64,000 nucleotides of DNA from Octopus vulgaris (Eukaryota), in the NCBI GenBank assembly GCA_951406725.2, contig OX597824.1:78244001-78308000 (forward strand). The letters are read 5' to 3'. The position numbers were made by a program, and so were the translations under genes. Below the pieces are notes generated by a model. The model saw only the letters and a list, made by a program, of their open reading frames with translations, had not been told where the DNA came from and did not search any database. How positions within the stretch are numbered: the stretch's first letter is position 1; the number at the start of each line of letters is the position of its first letter. This document shows positions 55,226-64,000 of the stretch, in pieces.

Positions 55226-55752
55226 TTGCCCTGAGACTGTACAAGGCAGTGGCTCTCATGGCTTCTTATCTTAACTAATTGAAGTGTTATTATGTACATT
55301 CTTTTGACTTGGTATAAAAGATGCGCTATAGCAAATTTTCTGTCCAATGCCAACAGATTTGCTTGTCAGTTGTTTGACTTTAAAAGGCGAGGATGTTCCT
55401 CAGTGGCTGATGATATGATCAGAGCAGAAGTAGTGCGGGAGAATCAAAGCCATGTGCTGAGAGGAATTCTTTGGGGTTTGAATAATTTACCTTTGAAAAC
55501 ATGGATCTGCCATTCAAAATCCTTAAACAACACTTATTCAGGGACATTTTGAGCGGGTTGGGCTACCCAACCCGAAGAAAATTTTAACTAGTCATGGGCT
55601 TTTTAAACTTGGAAGATCACCATGTCGCGTATATATAATTGTGATGCATGTACCTGGTGTACCCTTATTAGACGGGTAGTCATGATGGGTTTACTGGGCT
55701 TCGTATATGTTACCCCAGTGTCACTTTGATCGCATGCACTGCTCTCTAACTC
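55226..55752 (+). mobile_element. Older copy of the 555-bp (AAT)n-associated element
   Basis: Collinear with 44886-45441, with small deletions. Confidence 0.8.
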
Positions 55753-55774
55753 AATATTAATGAAAATAAGAATC

Positions 55775-56026
55775 TTTTCTGCTATAGGCACAAGACCTGA
55801 AATTTTGGGGGAGTGGACAACTCGATTATCTCGACCCAGCACGCAACTGTTACTTAATTTATCGACCCCGAAAGGATGAAAGGTAAAGTCGACCTCGGCG
55901 GAATTTGAACTCACAGCGTAACGACAGACGAAATACGGCTACGCATTTCGCCCGGCGTGCTAACGTTTCTGCCAACTCGCCGCTAAGCATTTTGTCCGGC
56001 ATGCTAACGATTCTGCCAGTTCGCCT
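55775..56026 (-). mobile_element. SINE family B with a duplicated head
   Basis: Homology to family B. A second head segment lies at 55982-56026. Confidence 0.8.
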
Positions 56027-56874
56027 TCTTGCTTATAATTGTAATAATAATGATTTCAAATTTTGGCACATAGCCTGCAATTTCGGGAAAAGGGTTAGTC
56101 GATTAATGGTTCAGAAGAAGAAGAAGAAGAAGAAGAGCAATGCAAGACCCGTAATTTTAAGGAGGACGTTAGTCAACTACATAGAGCCCCTCCCCCACCA
56201 GACACACACACACACACACACAAACACACGTACTCAGTACTTGACTGCTACCGGCCCTGATTGGATCAGCTGTACCCCATCCCAAAAATGCTCGGTCTTA
56301 TTTAATGGCCAATGGTGAAACCTCTACGCTATCGTGTAATAAACATTTCAATTTTCGCTATTGTCTTCTACATAAACCCCAACCACAGCGACGAGCACCC
56401 GCACATATGAAGCCAGGGATGCTCACACATGCATCATGACATAGACATCCACCCGTAAAGTCACATATACACAAATACTTGAGCTTATTTTAGTAAAAAT
56501 AAAAAATTGATAGCTTTATTGTATATGCTCGAAGTGGGATTTTTTGACCCCACCCACCCGAGATCAATGAACCAGCAAATTCTATGGCACAAAATACAAA
56601 AGTTTACATAACTAAGCAGACCAATCAGATGAGATCATGTTGATCGAAGATGATCAAACGATTGCCTTAACTTCGCTTCTTTTTGATATGTGTTATTTTT
56701 GATGTTGCTATTTCACGAATAGCAGCAATATCGTTTGTTTGTGTTTGTATGTGTGTGTGTGTATGGGTGTGAGTGCTTGTCTTTGTATGCATGTCTGTTT
56801 GTCTTTCAGTCTGTTATCTGTCCGCCTGTCTCTCTGTTATCTGTCCATCTGTCTGTCTGCCTGTCTGTCCGTAT

Positions 56875-57975
56875 TTTGTATGTACGTGTGTATGTATGTA
56901 TGTATGTATGTATGTGTATGTATGTATGTATGTATGTATGTATGTATGTATGTATGTATGTATGTATGTATGTATGTATGTATGTACGTATGCATGTATG
57001 TATGTATGTAAGTATGCATGTATGTATGTAAGTATGTATGTATGTATGTTTGTCTCTATGTGTGTATGTACGTATGTATGTATGTATGTATGTATGTATG
57101 TATGTATGTATGTATGTATGTATGTATGTATGTATGTATGTATGTATGTATGTATGTATGTATGTATGTATGTATGTATGTATTATGTATGTATGTATGT
57201 ATGTACGTATGTATGTATGTATGTATGTATGTACATATGTATTTATGTATGTATGTATGTATGTATGTATGTGTATGTACGTACGTATGTATGTATGTAT
57301 GTACGTATGTACGTATGTATGTATGTATGTATGTATGTATGTATGTATGTGTATGTATGTATGTACGTACGTATGTATGTATGTATGTATGTATGTATGT
57401 ATGTATGTATGTACGTATGTATGTATGTATGTATGTATGTATGTATATATGTATGTATGTACGTATGTATGTATGTATATATGTATGTATGTATGTATGT
57501 ACGTACGTATGTATGTATGTATGTACGTACGTATGTATGTATGTATGTATGTGTGTATGTATGTATGTATGTGTATGTATGTATGTATGTGTGTATGTGT
57601 ATGTATGTATGTGTATGTGTGTATGTATGTATGTATGTGTATGTGTGTATGTATGTATGTGTATGTGTGTATGTATGTATGTATGTATGTATGTATGTAT
57701 GCGTACATACTTCTGTGTAGTCGCTCAAGTTCGCTCGACAGCAGCTGTTGTCCTTACTCATGATGATGCTGCTGAGGATGACGATGATGACGATGATGAC
57801 GACGATGATGACAACGGTGGTGGCGTTGGTAATAATGATAATGATGGAGACGACGATGACAATGATAATGACGATGAATATGGGGATGATGGTAAATTGG
57901 AAAACTAAAATAGGTTAATGTCAGTGCAATGTCCAGTTTCCTAATTGTAATATGTTTCTGCTGCTGCTGCTGCTC

Positions 57976-58067
<92 letters not shown>

Positions 58068-58106
58068 GCTGCTGCTAACTATTATTATAATTACTACAAC
58101 TACAGT

Positions 58107-58152
<46 letters not shown>

Positions 58153-58182
58153 AGTGATGATGATGATGGTGATGATGATGAG
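56875..58182. repeat. Long (TATG)n array followed by (GAT)n, (CTA)n and (GAT)n tracts
   Basis: Directly visible. Confidence 0.96.
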
Positions 58183-58329
58183 TGATTGGTGGTGGTAGTG
58201 CTGCTACTGAAAGATAAGAGGAAATGATGATCTCAGTGGGATTTGAACTCGGAAGAAATACAGTAGGCATCCTTTTTTACCGATGCTTTAACGATTCTGC
58301 CAAATAACTATGAAGTGCATAAAATATAA

Positions 58330-58520
58330 GCTTAAAACGGGTCTACAAAATCTCACGATAATATTATGGCATGACATGCCCCTACTTGGCCAATACTTAA
58401 AAAGGCTGAACTGCATGGAAGTAAACAAGGAAAATTTGCTATGTGGGCTCAGAACCGCTAAACTCAAAGTTGAGACTGAAGGTTTTGTGGACTGTAGCTC
58501 ACGATTAATGTCTCCTCGTC
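58330..58520 (+). mobile_element. R4/Dong-like LINE remnant (region upstream of the CCHC)
   Basis: WHDMPLLGQYLKRL..EVNKE....LRTAKLKVETEGFV resembles the W..KPLHGQY...WL..G.LK.ETEGF motif of R4/Dong ORFs. Confidence 0.65.
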
Positions 58521-58581
58521 TGAAAGCATTAAACGCATGTCATAAAGCAAAGAAGAATATAACTAAAGTACGCACTTTTCC

Positions 58582-59135
58582 GTGGAGGCGCGTGGCTTAG
58601 TGGTTAGGGTGTTGAACTCATGATCGTAAGGTTGTGGTTTCAATTCCTGGACCCGGGCGATACGTAATGTTCTTGAGCAAAACACTTCATTTTCACATTG
58701 CTCCAGTCCAGTCAGCTGGCAAAAATGAGTAATCCTGCGACGGACCGACGGACCGACGTCCCGTCCAGGTGGGGAATTTCTACACCACTGAAGCCGGGAA
58801 ACCGGCCCTTATGAGCCTCGTATGGTTCGAGAAGGAACATTTATTTTGTGGAGGCACATGGCCTAGTGGTTAGAGCAGCGGACTCGTGGTCGAGGGATCG
58901 CGGGTTCGAATCTCAGACCGGGCGATGTGTGTGTGTTTATGAGCGAAACACCTAAGCTCGACGCGAATTTCTGCTGACTCTTTCGCCACAACTTTCTCTC
59001 ACTCTTTCCTCCTGCATCTTGCAGCTCACCTGCGACGGACCGGCGTCCCGTCCAGGTGGGGAACCTATACGCCAAGGAAACCGGGAAACCGGCCCTTATG
59101 AGCCAGGCGTGGCTCGAGAAGGAACAAACAACAAA
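58582..59135 (+). mobile_element. SINE family D (58582-58840) followed by SINE family C (58847-59135), both with the same tail
   Basis: Two tRNA-like heads (GTGGAGGCGCGTGGCTTAGTGGTTAG and GTGGAGGCACATGGCCTAGTGGTTAG). Shared tail GTCCCGTCCAGGTGGGGAA..CCGGGAAACCGGCCCTTATGAGCC..TCGAGAAGGAACA. Confidence 0.9.
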
Positions 59136-59649
59136 ACACACCTTTCCGCACATCGAAGCTGCAAGGAAATTCGATAAGCTGATAGCTTCTCTATACTTGA
59201 CAATTAGCAACTGGAGCTGTTAGACATGCGAATAAAAACCCAAATTGAAGGAGTGGAACAAGTATAATGCACGCTATATATGCTTCTTAACTAGCTGAAC
59301 CTCACGATGTAACAGTTATCCAACGAGTAATGTTCAACGAAGCTAAACATTAGGTTGGAATTATCTTAGAGAAAGGAAGGATACGTTATCGTTTGTAATT
59401 TTCAAGTCAGCTCCACCGCAGTGATGCGTTCAGCCTCATGGCTAGATACTTAGCAAATTATTCGTTACGTAATTATTAGATCGTGAGGTTCAGTTAGTTA
59501 AGAAACATATGTAGGGTGCATTTTACCAATTCCACTCCCTTAATTTAGAATTCTGTTTGCTTGTGAAATTGTAATATATGCAGTATATACCAAAGTATAA
59601 ATATATGTAGGTAAACAACAACTATATTGTCTCTGGTAGCCGACATTTA

Positions 59650-60145
59650 CCATAAATCCTCGAGTATAATCCGCATTTTTTCCCCAAAATTTATAGGTCA
59701 AAATCCCTAGTGCGTACTATATACGAGCTTAAAAATGAAAAATATTTCCTAAGCAATGCCCGAGTCTCTATTTGCTGTCCGGCAATGTTTATTCAGACGC
59801 ATTTTGTGATGTCGGGCGCGAAAATACTTTAAACTAAGCCTAAAAGCAATGAAGTCATAAAAGAATCACCCAATTCCAGTAAGCAACATTTATTTAAATA
59901 AAAGTATTCAGAACACAGAATAACATGTAACAAAAACAATTTGCAAACATATTTACATTCCCATTATTGTATTACGCATGCGCGGAAGTGTTTGTTCGAC
60001 TAGGTGCTGCTGGCTTAATTACGCACGACCCAAGTTAGAGAAGTGGTGCGTATTATACATAAGGTTTAGGTTTTTCAAAGGTACAGCCCCCTAAAAATCC
60101 CCTGCGTATTATACTCAAGGGCGGACTATACTCGTGGATTTACGG
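59650..60145. mobile_element. Tc1/mariner-superfamily (pogo-like) MITE
   Basis: TIRs CCATAAATCCTCGAGTATAATCCGC / GCGGACTATACTCGTGGATTTACGG. Confidence 0.85.
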
Positions 60146-60559
60146 CAATCAAAAAATATATCATTATCATCAGACATAGGGTATACTTTAGGACTTACGG
60201 GCATTTGAAGTTATATTAGGAAATTATGAAATATCAACGGAAACTAAATGATGTAAGTATTGCACTAGATAAGGTTTGGGAAAATGAGAGAAACATCAAA
60301 CTTTTGGAGATGTTAAATCACAGATTCGGGTAGATCAAGGAGAATAGATTAGATATTGTTTTCAAGGAACACCAAGAAATGAAGTGCCCCCTTGTCGTTG
60401 TATCAGATGAAGACATGGCATAAAAGAATCTCTCAAAAATATATGTACATATACACTCACATATACATATGAGATAAACAGATATACAGACATACAGACA
60501 TTCAGATAGTTTGATGGAGACATGGAAACAAGTCTCTCTCTGTTTTCCCTTCTCTGCCT

Positions 60560-60611
<52 letters not shown>

Positions 60612-60631
60612 CAAGAAATAGATAGATAGAT

Positions 60632-60662
<31 letters not shown>

Positions 60663-60682
60663 AATAGGTAATAGATAGATAG

Positions 60683-60759
<77 letters not shown>

Positions 60760-60832
60760 GATAGTTAGATAGATAGATAGATGATAGTTAGATAGATAGA
60801 TAGATGATAGTTAGATAGATAGATAGATAGAT

Positions 60833-60885
<53 letters not shown>

Positions 60886-60886
60886 T

Positions 60887-60922
<36 letters not shown>

Positions 60923-61433
60923 GTGACATCAGAAATGATGGCACATTATTGATTATAAATAACACGTCGCATCAAAACGACAGGTAAAACTTTGATAGCT
61001 TTCTTACGTATGGTCTTCACACTATATGTGAAATATGCACTTTGGTCTTTGTCGAAAGGTCAAGTACAATAATTAGTAAATATTGTAATGTATATCACTT
61101 AGGAAAATGGCGAGTGGCAACAGTTTATATTATATGAACAATTATCTTTCTTTTTCCTGTGACTTAACACCTTTTTACTGGTCTACTGAACGTCTTAATC
61201 ATCGTACTAAAAAATTAATGATATATTTGAAATATTATACTATTATTAACAAGGCATTAAAAATTTACATGTAATTACCACTATCAATAATTTCTCTGAT
61301 CATAATATTCATAATAAAATTGCAAGATCTAGAGAGGGAGGGGAATATGTACGTCATAAAATCCGGTAAAGCTACACAATGAGCTTATGGCTCGGGAAGG
61401 ACCTTAATCATTTTCTGTTATACACACACACAT

Positions 61434-61484
<51 letters not shown>

Positions 61485-61485
<1 letters not shown>

Positions 61486-61681
61486 GCAGGTGAGGCTGTA
61501 GGTGCAGGCATGGCTATAGGTGCTAGCGTGGTTGTGCGGTAAGAGAGCTTGTCTCCGAACCACAAGGTTCCAGGTTCAGTTCCAGTGCATAACATCTTGG
61601 GCAAGTGTCTTCTATTATGACCTGAGACCACCCAAAGCCTTCTGAGTGGATTTGGTAAACAGAAAGTGAAAGAAGCCCCTC

Positions 61682-61685
<4 letters not shown>
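61485..61685 (+). mobile_element. SINE family A 5' half with a repeated head start
   Basis: Homology to family A. Confidence 0.75.
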
Positions 61686-61738
<53 letters not shown>

Positions 61739-62755
61739 CATACATGCATACATACATATGTATGGATATATATATACATATACTTCATTTTCACATTGCT
61801 CCAGTCCAGTCAGCTGGCAAAAATGAGTAATCCTGCGACGGACCGACGGACCGACGTCCCGTCCAGGTGGGGAATTTCTACACCACTGAAACCGGGAAAC
61901 CGGCCCTTATGAGCCTCGCATGGCTCGAGAAAGAACATATATTTTGTGGAGGCATATGGCCTAGTGGTTAGAGCTGAGGGATCGCGGGTTTGAAACTCAG
62001 ACTGGGCGATGTATGTGTTTTTATGAGCGAAACACCTAAGCTACACGCGGCTCCGGCAGAAGGTAATGGCGAACTTCTTCTGACTCTTTCGCAACAACTT
62101 TCTCTCACTCTTTCCTCCTGCATCTTGCAGCTCAACTGCGGCGGACCGGCGTCCCGTCCAGGTGGGGAACCTATACGCCAAGGAAACCGGGAAACCGGCC
62201 CTTATGAGCCAGGCGTGGCTCGAGAAGGAACAAACAACAAAACACACCTTTCCGCACATCGAAGCTGCAAGGAAATTCGATAAGCTGATAGCTTCTCTAT
62301 ACTTGACAATTAGCAACTGGAGCTGTTAGACATGCGAATAAAAACCCAAATTGAAGGAGTGGAACAAGTATAATGCACGCTATATATGCTTCTTAACTAG
62401 CTGAACCTCACGATGTAACAGTTATCCAACGAGTAATGTTCAACGAAGCTAAACATTAGGTTGGAATTATCTTAGAGAAAGGAAGGATACGTTATCGTTT
62501 GTAATTTTCAAGTCAGCTCCACCGCAGTGATGCGTTCAGCCTCATGGCTAGATCCGTTAAAAATTATTCGTTACGTAATTATTAGATCATGAGGTTCAGT
62601 TAATTAAGAAACATATGTAGGGTGCATTTTACCAATTCCACTCCCTTAATTTGGAATTCTGTTTGCTTGTGAAACTGTAATATATGCAGTATATACCAAA
62701 GTATAAATATATGTAGGTAAACAACAACTATATTGTCTCTGGTAGCCGATATTTA

Positions 62756-63266
62756 CCGTAAATCCTCGAGTATAATCCGCATATTTTTCCCAAAATTTAT
62801 AGGTCAAAATCCCTAGTGCTATTTATAGGTCAAAATCCCTATACGAGCTTAAAAATGAAAAGTATTTCCTAAGCAATGCCCGAGTCTCTATTTGCTGTCC
62901 GGCAATGTTTATTCAGACGCATTTTGTGATGTCGGGCGCGAAAATACTTTAAACTAAGCCTAAAAGCAATGAAGTCATAAAAGAATCACCCAATTGCAGT
63001 AAGCAACATTTATTTAAATAAAAGTATTCAGAACACAGAATAACATGTAACAAAAACAATTAGCAAACATATTTACATTCCCATTGTTGTATTATGCATG
63101 CGCGAAAGTGTTTGTTCGACAATGGTGCAGCTGGCTTAATTACGCACGACCCAAGTTAGAGAAGTGGTGCTTATTATACATAAGGTTTAGGTTTTTCAGA
63201 GGTACAGCCCCCTAAAAATCCCCTGCGTATTATACTCAAGGGCGGACTATACTCGAGGATTTACGG
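62756..63266. mobile_element. Duplicate of the pogo-like MITE, with TA TSD intact
   Basis: TA-CCGTAAATCCTCGAGTATAATCCGC ... GCGGACTATACTCGAGGATTTACGG-TA. Confidence 0.9.
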
Positions 63267-63674
63267 TAATCAAAAAATATATCATCAGACATAGGGTGTA
63301 CTCTAGGACTTACGGGCATTTGAAGTTATATTAGGAAATTATGAAATATCAACGGAAACTAAATGATGTAAGTATTGCACTAGATAAGGTTTGGGAAAAT
63401 GAGAGAAACATCATACTTTTGGAGATGTTAAAACACAGATTCGGGTAGATCAAGGAGAATAGATTAGATATTGTTTTCAAGGAACACCAAGAAATGAAGT
63501 GCCCCATTGTCGTTGTATCAGATGAAGACATGGTATAAAAGAATCTCTCAAAAATATATGTACATATACACTCACATATACATATGAGATAAACAGATAT
63601 ACAGACATACAGACATTCAGATAGTTTGATGGAGACATGGAAACAAGTCTCTCTCTGTTTTCCCTTCTCTGCCT

Positions 63675-63744
<70 letters not shown>

Positions 63745-63750
63745 CAAGAA

Positions 63751-63819
<69 letters not shown>

Positions 63820-63886
63820 CAGATAGATAGATAGATAGATTGGCAGATAGATATATATATAGATAGATAGATATAGATATATAGAT

Positions 63887-63948
<62 letters not shown>

Positions 63949-64000
63949 GATGGTTAGATAGATAGATAGATGATAGTTAGATAGATAGATAGATGATAGT

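Larger units (their letters stand above)
58684..64000. repeat. ~3.1-kb-period direct segmental duplication (58684-~60900 versus 61782-64000)
   Basis: Collinear, highly similar sequence including SINEs, a MITE, unique spacers and the terminal GATA array. Copy-specific indels. Confidence 0.95.

Overview
AT-rich, extremely microsatellite-rich eukaryotic DNA made almost entirely of interspersed repeats. The SINE repertoire matches what I recall from Octopus (coleoid cephalopod) genomes; this is recollection, not a database result. I can support no intact host gene. Nearly all ORFs in the track are translations of microsatellites or SINEs. Recognisable content: four tRNA-derived SINE families (labelled A-D here, my own labels) in roughly 45 copies; decayed maT/Tc1-like and mariner transposases; an RTE LINE remnant with three C-terminal zinc-finger-like motifs; two R4/Dong-like (RLE) LINE remnants; a Mag-like Gypsy LTR remnant; a non-autonomous Helitron; Tc1/pogo-like and hAT-like MITEs; Penelope-like terminal fragments; and a ~3.1-kb tandem duplication at the right end. 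The most interesting signals are: (i) a canonical-core minimal hammerhead ribozyme plus several hammerhead-shaped motifs with recurrent non-canonical cores; (ii) a SINE that forms multimers at one fixed internal junction and appears to insert into older copies of itself; (iii) reciprocal templated sequence exchange between an RTE and a MITE 7 kb apart; (iv) an (AAT)n-targeted short retroelement; (v) a pri-miRNA-like hairpin. Coordinates were read by eye, and element ends may be off by several bases.
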